Shown one piece after another: positions 19,089-30,020 of a DNA stretch of 64,000 nucleotides. The position numbers and the translations under genes are program-made. This DNA is from Blastocatellia bacterium (GTDB lineage Bacteria; Acidobacteriota; Blastocatellia; UBA7656): the NCBI GenBank assembly GCA_045807725.1, contig JBJMGV010000089.1, positions 4,787-68,786 on the forward strand. The letters run 5' to 3'. The notes under the pieces were generated by a model. That model did not search any database and had not been told where the DNA came from. It saw only the letters and a list, made by a program, of their open reading frames with translations. Numbering within the stretch: the stretch's first letter is position 1; every line of letters starts with the position of its first letter.

Positions 19089-19949
19089 TTACTGCGTACG
19101 TTGAATCAATAAATCAAATAATCTCGATAGGTCATCGCTTGAGGAAAACTTGATCTCAATAATGCCTCCCTCTTTGAGAAGTTTTATCCGTGCAGGGGCC
19201 GCCAGGCTTTTGCTCAATTTCTGCTCGGCGGCGGCAATATTGGGATCTCTGCGAACCGGGGGTTGGTTCTGTTGGGCGGAGCCATTCGGCTCGCTGACTT
19301 GAGGGTCTCGAACTAGCCGTTCGGTTTCACGGACGCTCAGCGTCTTTTCGATGATCTCGTGAGCAAATAGGAGTTGTTGATCGGCAGTTTCCAGTGACAA
19401 TAGTGCGCGAGCGTGCCCCATTGAAAGTTTCTCATCCTCAACCAACTGTTGAATCTCAGGCGGTAATTTAAGAAGACGGAGGGAATTAGTTACCGAGGAG
19501 CGATCTTTTCCTACTCTTCTTGCCACTTCTTCTTGTGAAAGGGAAAGCACATCAACCAGTCTTTTATAGGCAGTAGCTTCTTCGATTGGATTCAAATCCT
19601 CACGTTGGATATTCTCGATCAGCGAAATCTCCAAAACGTTTTCGTCGGTGATATCTCGCACGATGCAGGGAATTTTACGCAATCCTGCTATCTGTGCTGC
19701 TCGCCACCGACGTTCACCGGCAATGATCTGAAAGCGTTCTCCGTCTCTGCGTGCGACTATCGGCTGAATAACTCCATTCGTCTTTATCGATTCTGCTAAT
19801 TCATTTATTTTTTCTTCTTTGAAATGTTTGCGCGGCTGTGCTTCGGTCGGATAAAGCAGATCAATATCGATATCCATCAAATCAGATTCGCTTGTCTGCA
19901 TCTGCGTAAAGAGGGCACTAAGCCCCCTGCCCAGAGCCTTTCTTGACAT
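19089..19949 (-). CDS. parB: Chromosome partitioning protein ParB (Spo0J)
   Basis: 286 aa; MSRKALGRGLSALF.., QPR.HF, GERRWRAA and an HTH segment. AT-rich codon usage. Confidence 0.93.
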   Translation of the reverse strand: MSRKALGRGLSALFTQMQTSESDLMDIDIDLLYPTEAQPRKHFKEEKINELAESIKTNGVIQPIVARRDGERFQIIAGERRWRAAQIAGLRKIPCIVRDITDENVLEISLIENIQREDLNPIEEATAYKRLVDVLSLSQEEVARRVGKDRSSVTNSLRLLKLPPEIQQLVEDEKLSMGHARALLSLETADQQLLFAHEIIEKTLSVRETERLVRDPQVSEPNGSAQQNQPPVRRDPNIAAAEQKLSKSLAAPARIKLLKEGGIIEIKFSSSDDLSRLFDLLIQRTQ

Positions 19950-20700
19950 TATTTATAACCTCCTTGGCGAGTCTGAGATAGCTTTCAGCTCCCTTCGATT
20001 TAATATCGTAAAGGACAATCGGCTTGCCGTGGCTCGGAGCCTCAGCTAGCCTGACGTTGCGTGGAATGATCGTGCTAAAAACTTGCGACCCCAGAAAATC
20101 TCGCAAATCGGAGACTACTTGATTTGAGAGATTAGTGCGCTCATCGAACATTGTTAAAAGAAATCCCTCGATAGTGAGGCTTGGGTTGAGTGAACGTCGA
20201 ATTTTTACCAATGTATCCCACAACTCGGATACCCCCTCTAGAGCAAAGTACTCACATTGTATCGGAATCAGCACTGAATTTGCTGCGGCAAGCGCATTTA
20301 GCGTCAATAGGCCTAAGCTTGGCGGGCAGTCTATAAGAACATAATCATAGGCACCGACAATTGGCTCTAATAGTCTTTTTAGGCGAAATTCACGTTGATC
20401 TAGATCAACTAATTCAATCTCCGCGGCAACGAGGATTTTCTCTGATGGAACAATTTTGAGGGTTGGAAGTTCCGTCTTTAGAGCAATAGATTCAATCGGC
20501 TCGTTTAGAACGAGACTATGGTAAAAACTTCTATAGAATTTTCCTCTTTGACCTAAGCCGCTCGTGCTGTTGCCTTGAGGGTCTGCATCTATGACTAACA
20601 CCCGCATATCGGCAACAGATAAGCAGGCAGCAAGGTTGATCGTCGTCGTAGTCTTGCCGACACCTCCTTTTTGATTCGCAATCGCTATGATCCTCGCCAT
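19918..20700 (-). CDS. parA: Chromosome partitioning ATPase ParA (Soj)
   Basis: 260 aa; deviant Walker A NQKGGVGKTTT. 32-nt overlap with the parB start. Confidence 0.93.
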   Translation of the reverse strand: MARIIAIANQKGGVGKTTTTINLAACLSVADMRVLVIDADPQGNSTSGLGQRGKFYRSFYHSLVLNEPIESIALKTELPTLKIVPSEKILVAAEIELVDLDQREFRLKRLLEPIVGAYDYVLIDCPPSLGLLTLNALAAANSVLIPIQCEYFALEGVSELWDTLVKIRRSLNPSLTIEGFLLTMFDERTNLSNQVVSDLRDFLGSQVFSTIIPRNVRLAEAPSHGKPIVLYDIKSKGAESYLRLAKEVINNVKKGSGQGA

Positions 20701-20780
20701 TAGGTGCTAACATATCACAAATTGGCCCACGATCAACGAAAAATCTTGCGCAATTCCTGGAATAGACTTTAGTACGAATA

Positions 20781-20796
20781 TGTTTCACGTGAAACC
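20781..20796. promoter_or_regulatory. parS centromere-like site
   Basis: TGTTTCACGTGAAACc matches the widely conserved parS consensus TGTTNCACGTGAAACA at 15/16 positions; about 80 nt upstream of parA. Confidence 0.8.
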
Positions 20797-20837
20797 TGCA
20801 AATAGAGATTCAAGATGTGCTAGAGAAGAAAAGAGGA

Positions 20838-20853
20838 TGTTTCATGTGGAACG
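20838..20853. promoter_or_regulatory. Degenerate parS-like site that also contains a TGTGGAAC DnaA-box-like core
   Basis: TGTTTCATGTGGAACG matches parS at 13/16. TGTGGAAC recurs in the dnaA-dnaN intergenic box cluster. Confidence 0.4.
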
Positions 20854-21082
20854 CACGACATAAAGACCTAAAGCCAATCGCTGAGTATCTAGAAAATTTA
20901 CGTGTCATTCATCAGAGATATTCCCTACGATTCCGCAAGATGGATCAATTCATCCAAATATAGACAGGGAAGTTATCGGATGACCAAAACTCCATCATAA
21001 ACCACTGGCGCATCAATATAAGATCGTGCTATTTTTATCAACTTTGATGATTTTAGATTATTGCAAGCGAGCTTCTAGGTGA

Positions 21083-22609
<1,527 letters not shown>

Positions 22610-22699
22610 TTTTACTAACATAATTACACCGATGTTAGAAAATTACCCTTGAAAGGAAGACCGGCGGCTCAGGACTGAGTCGCCGGCGATATTAAATCT

Positions 22700-23116
22700 A
22701 TGCCAGACAGACTCCACCTTGAAGTAGTAATTCCTGAACGGAGAGTATTTGGAGCCGAAGTGGATCGGGTCGAAGTGCCGGGACTAGACGGGGAATTGGG
22801 TATTCTCCCTGGCCACACGGACTTAATCTCGCAACTGAAGCCAGCAGGTCTCTTGACTTATCATATCGGTGACGAAAAAGGCGAGATTGCAATTAGTGAT
22901 GGCTTTGTCGAGATCAGTCAAGATCGCGTCATCATCCTAGCGGACAGAGCGGAACGGCCTGAGGATATAAATTTGACGGAGGCGCTTAAACTTAAAGATC
23001 AGGCAGAGCACGAATTGCAACAGGCGCTCGCAGACCCGGACAGCGACATAATCCGCGCGAGCGTTGAACTCGAACGCGCCTCCATCATCTTGCAGCTTGC
23101 GGAAAGAGCTCGCTAA
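22700..23116 (+). CDS. atpC: F1 ATP synthase epsilon subunit
   Basis: 138 aa; LHLEVVIPERRVF...VPGLDGELGILPGH; immediately follows atpD. Confidence 0.9.
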   Translation: MPDRLHLEVVIPERRVFGAEVDRVEVPGLDGELGILPGHTDLISQLKPAGLLTYHIGDEKGEIAISDGFVEISQDRVIILADRAERPEDINLTEALKLKDQAEHELQQALADPDSDIIRASVELERASIILQLAERAR

Positions 23117-23367
23117 CACTCCATAAGATATTATAAAAAAGAGACTTAGCCTCTCTTAAGAGATAGGATACAGTCGCTTAAATTGAAAAATATTGGCCTT
23201 TTTTTCAGTACGGATTTGATTGAAAACCGCCGCTCTGTGTGATACTGTTTCCCAGCTTTCAAGCATGCACCTTCGCGGGCACTGGCGTGTTAAAGCATTA
23301 ATGAGTAGGCCTTCGTTGATGACGAGGGTATTGGCACAGGCAATCTTCAATCAGATCATTTTCAACT

Positions 23368-24741
23368 ATGCAAGCCGATTTACTTTCGTCTATTCTTTCT
23401 GCCATCTCGAAACGAGTTAATCACCAGAGCTTCAACACGTGGTTCAAGCCTATCTCACATGCGACAAGGGATGATTCAACAATCTACCTAAAAGTGCCGA
23501 ATGAGATATTCCGTGATTGGATCACTAACAACTACTTTGATGTGATTGAGGAATCCCTCCTCGAACTCAATCTAGACGGCTACACGCTCGACTTTCTCGT
23601 CGAAGAGCAAAAATCTCAGAATGGCAATGGTGAAAGGCTGACGCAGGCCACACGCACTGCCGCACATCCGGTAAAAGAGATGGTCAGCTATGGGATTGCT
23701 AAAGTCATAGACCTTGAGCCCATTGAGCTGCCTCTTAATCCTAAGTATACTTTTGAGACTTTTGTCGTCGGTTCTTGCAATCAGTTCGCCCATGCAGCAT
23801 CGCTAGCGGTCGTTGACATGCCGTCAAAAACCTACAATCCTCTGTATATTTACGGTGGGGTTGGACTTGGAAAAACTCACCTGATGCACGCAATCGGTCA
23901 AGCGATTAAAGTAAGAACTAACAATTTACGTTTGACTTATATTTCATCCGAAAAATTCATGAATGAGTTAATCAACGCGATCCGTTATGACAAAACAATC
24001 TCTTTTAGGGAAAAATATCGCAATATCGATGTCCTTTTAATGGATGACATCCAGTTCCTCGCAGGAAAAGAGAGAACCCAGGAAGAGTTCTTCCACACAT
24101 TCAACGCCCTTTATGACGCTCAGAAACAGATTGTCATTTCGAGCGATTGTCCGCCGCGCGAGATTCCGACACTCGAAGAGCGTCTCCATTCCCGATTTGA
24201 ATGGGGACTGATTGCCGATATCCAGCCCCCGGACCTCGAAACCAAAGTGGCGATATTGAAGCGCAAAGCCGAACTGGAGAAGATAGACTTGCCGGATAAT
24301 GTCGCCTTGTTCATCGCCAGCAAGATCAAATCGAATATACGAGAACTGGAAGGTTCGCTAGTCAGGCTGGTCGCTTATGCTTCGCTTAAGGGACTGCCTA
24401 TTGGCATAGAGTTAGCTCAAGATGTTCTGAGAAACATTATCGAAGAAGATACGGACGGCATTTCTATCGAGTTGATTCAAAAGAAAGTCGCCGGACATTA
24501 CGGATTAAAAGTAGGCGATTTGAAATCGAAGAACAACTCGCGCAATATTGCTGGACCTCGACAGGTGGCAATGTATTTGTGTAAGACCTTAACGAAATCG
24601 AGTCTCCCAGAGATAGGGCGCGAATTTGGCGGCAAACATCATACGACCGTGCTACACAGCATTAACAAAATTGCCGACCTTTATAACAAGGATGGAGTTT
24701 TCCACAAGCTTATCAACAGCTTTATTGCTGAAATAAAATAG
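23368..24741 (+). CDS. dnaA: Chromosomal replication initiator DnaA
   Basis: 457 aa; [18 protein letters not shown], Walker [11 protein letters not shown], and C-terminal domain IV ..[16 protein letters not shown]. Confidence 0.96.
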   Translation: MQADLLSSILSAISKRVNHQSFNTWFKPISHATRDDSTIYLKVPNEIFRDWITNNYFDVIEESLLELNLDGYTLDFLVEEQKSQNGNGERLTQATRTAAHPVKEMVSYGIAKVIDLEPIELPLNPKYTFETFVVGSCNQFAHAASLAVVDMPSKTYNPLYIYGGVGLGKTHLMHAIGQAIKVRTNNLRLTYISSEKFMNELINAIRYDKTISFREKYRNIDVLLMDDIQFLAGKERTQEEFFHTFNALYDAQKQIVISSDCPPREIPTLEERLHSRFEWGLIADIQPPDLETKVAILKRKAELEKIDLPDNVALFIASKIKSNIRELEGSLVRLVAYASLKGLPIGIELAQDVLRNIIEEDTDGISIELIQKKVAGHYGLKVGDLKSKNNSRNIAGPRQVAMYLCKTLTKSSLPEIGREFGGKHHTTVLHSINKIADLYNKDGVFHKLINSFIAEIK

Positions 24742-25009
24742 CTTAGCTAAGTTTTCCACATGACCGGGTTGTGGAGCCCTTGTGGAACCTGTTGAAAACT
24801 GTTGAAGTTAGCCAAAGGCTCCACAGGGCAGGCCGCTTTTGCACAGGTTTTGCACAGCCTTTTGCACAGCCTTATTTGATCTTTTATATTGTATTTTAAA
24901 CAATTTGCCATCAGGGTTCCACTTTTCCACAGGCACTACTACTACTACTAGATCATGACATGTAGTGAAAGATTAGAACTACTAGTAAAAGGCAGAATCG
25001 AGGTGAATA
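24742..25009. other. Chromosomal replication origin (oriC): DnaA-box cluster plus AT-rich unwinding element
   Basis: Box-like 9-mers: TTTTCCACA 24752 and 24923; TGTGGAGCC 24770; TGTGGAACC 24781; GGCTCCACA 24817; TTTTGCACA 24837, 24848 and 24860; GGTTCCAC 24915. The AT-rich stretch cttatttgatcttttatattgtattttaaacaatttg lies at 24871-24907. This is the classical dnaA-dnaN position. Confidence 0.8.
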
Positions 25010-26119
25010 ATGCGCTTCAGTTTGAGTAAGGCATCGCTTCTCAGAGAGTTGAATCTTCTTCAAGGCGTAGTCGAGAAGAAGAATACCATTCCTATTCTTT
25101 CAAACGTTCTTATAGAGACTCTGGGTGAATCGCTGGTTTCACTCATCGCTACAGACCTGGATGTGTCGTTGCAAACCGAATGCACAGCGGACGTCAGTCA
25201 CCCAGGCGCGGTGGTCCTGCAAGCCCGGAAACTCTTCGACATTGTCCGCAATCTCCCGGACGCCGAGATCAACTTCTCTAAAGAGGAAAACGACTGGGTG
25301 CGGATTAGCTGTGGCGCATCCGAATTCCGTATCGTCGGCCAAGCCAAAGAGCATTTTCCATCGACACCCGGATTAAAAGAAGGCGGCCAACTGATCCCGA
25401 CTGCCGCGTTGCACGACTTGATCAGCCGGACCATCTACGCCATCACACAGGAAGAATCGCGTTACGCGCTCAACGGCGCATTGTTGCTGCTGGCTGACGG
25501 CAAGCTGCAAATGGTGGCGACCGACGGGCACAGGCTCGCCCTGGCGGCGTTCTCGCTCGAAGGCACGACCGACGAGCAGGTACGCGTGATCATTCCTAAG
25601 AAGGCGCTGGGCGAATTGCTCAAGCTGACCTCCGGGAGCGAAGGCGCGTTGACGTTTGCGAAGGACGAGAACCATCTCTACTTCAAAGTCGATCAGCGGC
25701 TATTGACTTCGAGAATGCTGGCGGGCCAGTTCCCGAATTACGATCTCGTCCTGCCGAAGAATAATGACAAACTGGTTCCGCTGAACACCGAGCGGTTCGC
25801 GCAGGCCATTCGCCGCGCCGCGTTGATGGCTGATGAGCGCAGCCGTGGCATCAAGCTGGAACTGAGCAGCGGCAAGATCAATCTCACAGCGCAGAGCGCG
25901 GATGTGGGCGAAGCGAAAGAAGTCATTCCGGTCGATTATACTGGAGATGCGGTCAATATCGGCTTCAACGCGCAATACATCTCTGACTTTCTCGGCGTCG
26001 TCGGCACCGAGCAGATTGCGCTAGAGGTCAAGGACGAGCAAAGTCCGGCCTTGCTGAAACCGGCTGGGGACGGGCAATATGATTATCGCTATGTGGTCAT
26101 GCCCATGCGGCTGATCTGA
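25010..26119 (+). CDS. dnaN: DNA polymerase III beta sliding clamp
   Basis: 369 aa; ..NTIPILSNVLIE..., ATDGHRLA, ..YVVMPMRL at the C-terminus. Confidence 0.95.
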   Translation: MRFSLSKASLLRELNLLQGVVEKKNTIPILSNVLIETLGESLVSLIATDLDVSLQTECTADVSHPGAVVLQARKLFDIVRNLPDAEINFSKEENDWVRISCGASEFRIVGQAKEHFPSTPGLKEGGQLIPTAALHDLISRTIYAITQEESRYALNGALLLLADGKLQMVATDGHRLALAAFSLEGTTDEQVRVIIPKKALGELLKLTSGSEGALTFAKDENHLYFKVDQRLLTSRMLAGQFPNYDLVLPKNNDKLVPLNTERFAQAIRRAALMADERSRGIKLELSSGKINLTAQSADVGEAKEVIPVDYTGDAVNIGFNAQYISDFLGVVGTEQIALEVKDEQSPALLKPAGDGQYDYRYVVMPMRLI

Positions 26120-26166
26120 TTCTTCGCCGATTTCGGGGCTGTGGCGCACCGAAAGGTTCCGAGCCT

Positions 26167-26877
26167 ATGCCGAACGTTTACGAGAAGCGCGTTCTCATCG
26201 TTGACGACAATAAATCCATTCGCACAACGGTCGTAGACTTCTTGCGCAGCAAAGGCTACGACGTGATTGAAGCCTCTGATGGCATTCAGGGATTAGACAA
26301 AGGACTCTCTACCGCGCCCAGCCTGATCATCCTTGACGTCGTGATGCCGGGCATAGATGGGTTCAAGCTCTGTCAGCTCTTCCGCGAAAAGGGCGTAACC
26401 GCGCCCATCATTATGCTGACAGAGAAGGCGACAATTGAAGATAAAGTCACGGGCTTCTCGTTTGGCGCGGACGATTATCTAGCCAAGCCCTTCAGTCCTC
26501 TTGAGCTTGAGTTGCGCATCCAGGCGTTGTTGCGCCGCACGGTGGGAGAAGCGCCGCCGCCGCCGGAAACCAAACTCCTCAAGCACGGCGACCTGGAGAT
26601 TGATCTGGACCGCCACACGGTGCGTGCAGGTGATCGGGACATCTCACTCACGCCCATCGAGTTCAATATCTTAAAGCTGCTGGCGTCAAATCCCGGCTAC
26701 GTCTATTCCCGCAACGATCTGTTGAGCGTGATCTGGGATACCGCCTACGAAGGCTACAAGCGCAACATCGATCCGCATGTTAATCGGCTCAGGACGAAGC
26801 TCGAAGAGAATCCCAAGCAGCCTAAATACATCCTCACCGTCTGGGGCATCGGCTACAAATTCAACGAGAACCTCTAG
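26167..26877 (+). CDS. OmpR/PhoB-family response regulator (no adjacent kinase)
   Basis: 236 aa; receiver domain (VLIVDDN..., LDVVMPGIDG, K at ..YLAKPF) plus a winged helix (LTPIEFNILKLL...TVWGIGYKF). Confidence 0.9.
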   Translation: MPNVYEKRVLIVDDNKSIRTTVVDFLRSKGYDVIEASDGIQGLDKGLSTAPSLIILDVVMPGIDGFKLCQLFREKGVTAPIIMLTEKATIEDKVTGFSFGADDYLAKPFSPLELELRIQALLRRTVGEAPPPPETKLLKHGDLEIDLDRHTVRAGDRDISLTPIEFNILKLLASNPGYVYSRNDLLSVIWDTAYEGYKRNIDPHVNRLRTKLEENPKQPKYILTVWGIGYKFNENL

Positions 26878-27017
26878 CCGACTTCTGTAGGCCGCTGTGC
26901 TTAGCCGCTGGCTGCGAGACGCGACTAAGATGATTGCCCGTCCGCTATCCTCACCGACTTCACGCTGATTGTAACGTTGATGCTCCTCGCTCAATACGTT
27001 ATCCTTTTAGGAGGTTG

Positions 27018-28019
27018 ATGACCGGCGAGCAGCATATGCATGATCTGATTATTATCGGCAGCGGACCGGCGGGCCTTGCGGCGGCGCTGGCTGCCAAACG
27101 CCATCAGTTGGACTGCCTCATCCTTGAGCGCGGTGTGATAGGCAATACGGTTTATCATTACCCGATTGCGCGCCCGCTGTTTTCGACCTCGAACGAAGTC
27201 GAGCTAGAGGCTGGCGCATTGCCGCGCGAACGCAAGCCGACGCGCGAAGAAGTGCTGGCGCATTATGCGTATCTGGTCATACGCGAGCAGCTTGATCTCC
27301 GCACGGGCGAGCTTGTAGAAACGGTCACGCGCGCGGGCGACAGCTTCACGGTTCGCACGACGAAGAATCATTATCGCAGCCGCGCCGTGCTCGTCGCTAC
27401 CGGCGGCTTTGGCTGTCAGCGAAAGCTGAACGTCGCCGGCGAATCTCCTGAGCGCGTCTCTTATCGCTTCTCAGAAGCGCACCCATACGCGACCAAGCGC
27501 GTGCTCGTGGTGGGGGGTGGCAATTCGGCAGCCGAGGCGGCGTTGTTTCTTCTCGATTCCGGCGCGCACGTCACGCTTGCGATCCGTCGCTACGCGCTTG
27601 ACGCGCCTTCGCGTATGAACGCAGCCAAGATCAAGCCCTGGGTGCGTGAGCCGCTTGAGCAGGCACAGGCCGAAGGACGCCTTGACGTTCTCACGTCATC
27701 CGAGATTGTCGAGATATTACCTGATTCGGCTTTGCTACAAATGTTCGATGGCGAATCGCCGCGCATTGTTGACGTAGCGTGCGATCACATCTTTGCGTTG
27801 ATCGGCGCAGACCCTGATGTGCGGTTACTTGAAGAGGCAGGGGCCGAGATTGCCGCCGACGGTCGCCCCGTCTATTCCGATCAATTCGAGACTACCGTTC
27901 CCGGTCTTTTTGTTGCGGGCCACCTCACCAGGGAGCTGCATATGAAAAAGGCTATCGAGGTTGGAACTGTGGTTATGCAATATATCGGTGAGCGCCTTCT
28001 TGAACCGGCTGCCGTTTGA
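27018..28019 (+). CDS. FAD-dependent pyridine-nucleotide disulfide oxidoreductase, YpdA-like
   Basis: AGGAGG at 27009-27014, then ATG 27018 (MTGEQHMHDLIIIGSGPAGLAAAL). A second dinucleotide motif VLVVGGGNSAAEAA. The overall layout resembles YpdA/thioredoxin-reductase-like enzymes. The track start at 26934 is probably an over-extension. Confidence 0.7.
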   Translation: MTGEQHMHDLIIIGSGPAGLAAALAAKRHQLDCLILERGVIGNTVYHYPIARPLFSTSNEVELEAGALPRERKPTREEVLAHYAYLVIREQLDLRTGELVETVTRAGDSFTVRTTKNHYRSRAVLVATGGFGCQRKLNVAGESPERVSYRFSEAHPYATKRVLVVGGGNSAAEAALFLLDSGAHVTLAIRRYALDAPSRMNAAKIKPWVREPLEQAQAEGRLDVLTSSEIVEILPDSALLQMFDGESPRIVDVACDHIFALIGADPDVRLLEEAGAEIAADGRPVYSDQFETTVPGLFVAGHLTRELHMKKAIEVGTVVMQYIGERLLEPAAV

Positions 28020-28068
28020 CAGCCCGACGCGGGAAGCGCATCAACAGTTTGTTAGCAGCCGAAACGCG

Positions 28069-29877
28069 ATGCCGTATAGCGAAGAACAATCAGCGCGGCG
28101 AGAGACAGCGGAGCCGGACGTAGAGGCGCAGATCGTCGCGGTCGGCGACAGTGCGGCGCGCAGCCGCGCGATCAACACGGTAACGACTGCCACATCGCCC
28201 AACACGGTTTCGCAACCGCCGGTCAATCGCGGTGGGCCGCGCCATCTCGGCACGCGCTGGTGGATGCTGGCGGCAGGCTCGGCGCTGCTGCTAACGCTAC
28301 TGACCGCTGCCGCTGTCTACCTCCTGACGCGAAAGCCCTCGACCGTTGACCAGTTGATTATCTTGACCGTGCCGTCAGGGGCCAACGTCAAGCTCGACGC
28401 CAAAGACTATGGCCACACGCCGGTCAAGCTCGAACAACTGGTCGCCGGCACGTACACGCTGACCATCGAGAAAGAGAATTACGAGCCGGTCAGCGATCAG
28501 ATCACCATCACCGATGCTCAGACGCTCGAATATAAATTGAAAGTCCTGCCATCGCCTGATGCAGCAGCCGGATCACCGGAAGAAGCAATTAGAAAGTCAC
28601 AGGATAAGGCGAATGAAGCGTTGGCGCGGAATCAGTACCTTATCCCCTATGAAAACAGCGCCTTCTACTGGGCACAACAGATTCAGCGTTACGATGAGTC
28701 GAATGCCTTTGCCGCCGAGATCATCGAACGCGTGCGTCATACCGAACTGCAAATCGCCCGCGAAGCCAGCGCCAGCAATGACATCGGCAAAGCGCGGGAA
28801 ATTTACAACGCCTTGAGCGCGAACTATCCCGATAATGAAGAAGTGCGCGCCGCCGTCGCTAAGTTTGAAAATCAAATTTCACAACATCGTGGCGAAGTCA
28901 CCGACCTTGTAAAAAAAGCTACAGACGCTTTGCAGGCTGGCAGCTTGATTGACCCGGACCGTGCGAGCGCCTATTACTTCGCCAAGCGCGCGCTGGCCAT
29001 TGATAGACAGAATACGCAGGCCCGCGCCGTTTACAATCAAGTGAAAGAGACGCTCACCGCACGGGCCGATGATGCTTACCGGCGCGGCGACGTGGACGTG
29101 GCGATCAGACAGTTCAGTCGCGTCGTTCAGCTTTTCCCTGATGACAAAGCGTTGCGTCTGCACGCGCGCGAGATTGAGGAAAAGCGGGCCGGCGACATTG
29201 CCAGAGAGAATGACGCCGCCCACCGCCGCCTCGAAGGGCTGAGTAAGTATCAACGCGGCGATTACGAAGGGGCAATCCCTGACCTTCAGTTCGCGGTCAA
29301 CAAAGGTCTGGTCGCCCCGGAAATCCTGTTCGCCTTGGGGCGCTCGCATATGATGCAGGGCGATCTCGACCAGGCGGCCCATTACTTCAAACAAATACGC
29401 CCTTCGGCTGATGACCAGTACCGTTCGGCTATCGCCGCGCTCGGTGATATTGCCAGAGAACGCGGTGACTATGCCGGCGCGTTGGATCGGTACAAAGAAG
29501 CGAAGCAGCTCGGCGGCAGCACCCTCTACTCAATTGCCAAACTCGACGACCGCATCGAGCAGATCGAAAAGCGCGAGCGCGCCAAGGCGGCTGAACCCGT
29601 GCCGATCACGCTACGCGTCAAGCACCTGCACGGCGGCTTGATGGGCGGCTCGTGCAATGGCACGCTGGCCATCACTTCGACCGGCGTGCGTTACGACGGA
29701 ACCGAGCACACCTTCTCAGCGAACTTGCTGGCCGCCGGCGTGCGCGTTGTGAAGGATGAGATGGTCGTGAAGTTTCAGGACAAGAACGAAAAATTCAAAG
29801 TGCCGCGCGCCGAGGCCGAGCGCTTCAACGAAACGCTATCGCGCTTCCAACAATTCTATTCGCCTGCCAATAAGTGA
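28069..29877 (+). CDS. Membrane-anchored PEGA-domain / TPR-like repeat protein
   Basis: ATG 28069 (MPYSEEQSA..). One TM helix (WWMLAAGSALLLTLLTAAAVYLL), a PEGA-like beta domain (LTVPSGANVKLDAKDYGHTPVKLEQLVAGTYTLTIEKENYEP), then helical TPR-like repeats. Confidence 0.65.
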   Translation: MPYSEEQSARRETAEPDVEAQIVAVGDSAARSRAINTVTTATSPNTVSQPPVNRGGPRHLGTRWWMLAAGSALLLTLLTAAAVYLLTRKPSTVDQLIILTVPSGANVKLDAKDYGHTPVKLEQLVAGTYTLTIEKENYEPVSDQITITDAQTLEYKLKVLPSPDAAAGSPEEAIRKSQDKANEALARNQYLIPYENSAFYWAQQIQRYDESNAFAAEIIERVRHTELQIAREASASNDIGKAREIYNALSANYPDNEEVRAAVAKFENQISQHRGEVTDLVKKATDALQAGSLIDPDRASAYYFAKRALAIDRQNTQARAVYNQVKETLTARADDAYRRGDVDVAIRQFSRVVQLFPDDKALRLHAREIEEKRAGDIARENDAAHRRLEGLSKYQRGDYEGAIPDLQFAVNKGLVAPEILFALGRSHMMQGDLDQAAHYFKQIRPSADDQYRSAIAALGDIARERGDYAGALDRYKEAKQLGGSTLYSIAKLDDRIEQIEKRERAKAAEPVPITLRVKHLHGGLMGGSCNGTLAITSTGVRYDGTEHTFSANLLAAGVRVVKDEMVVKFQDKNEKFKVPRAEAERFNETLSRFQQFYSPANK

Positions 29878-30020
29878 TCGCCTTATCTTTTCTGAAAAAA
29901 CTACCCACGCAGGGAATTGATTTATAGATTCTTTGCGGTATAGTCGCAGGTGTCACTGCTTCGAGGTGACGAACGAGCGAAATCGAACCGGGCGCTCAAG
30001 CTTCCGTTTAAAAAACAAAA

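Noticed and set aside
23156-23350. 64-aa minus-strand ORF and 66-aa plus-strand ORF (23220..23420) in the atpC-dnaA gap
   Set aside because: No RBS, no motifs, and overlap with the dnaA start. The region is more plausibly the dnaA promoter and leader.
24935-24949. (ACT)5 trinucleotide microsatellite near oriC
   Set aside because: It is short and could arise by chance in an AT-rich spacer. It is noted within the oriC finding but not considered a feature on its own.
26934-28068. Upstream extensions of the track ORFs 26934..28019 and 27961..29877, which overlap neighbouring genes
   Set aside because: The N-terminal extensions are Arg/Cys/His-rich and overlap the preceding gene's 3' end or intergenic sequence. 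The internal starts at 27018 (AGGAGG upstream) and 28069 give sensible N-termini.
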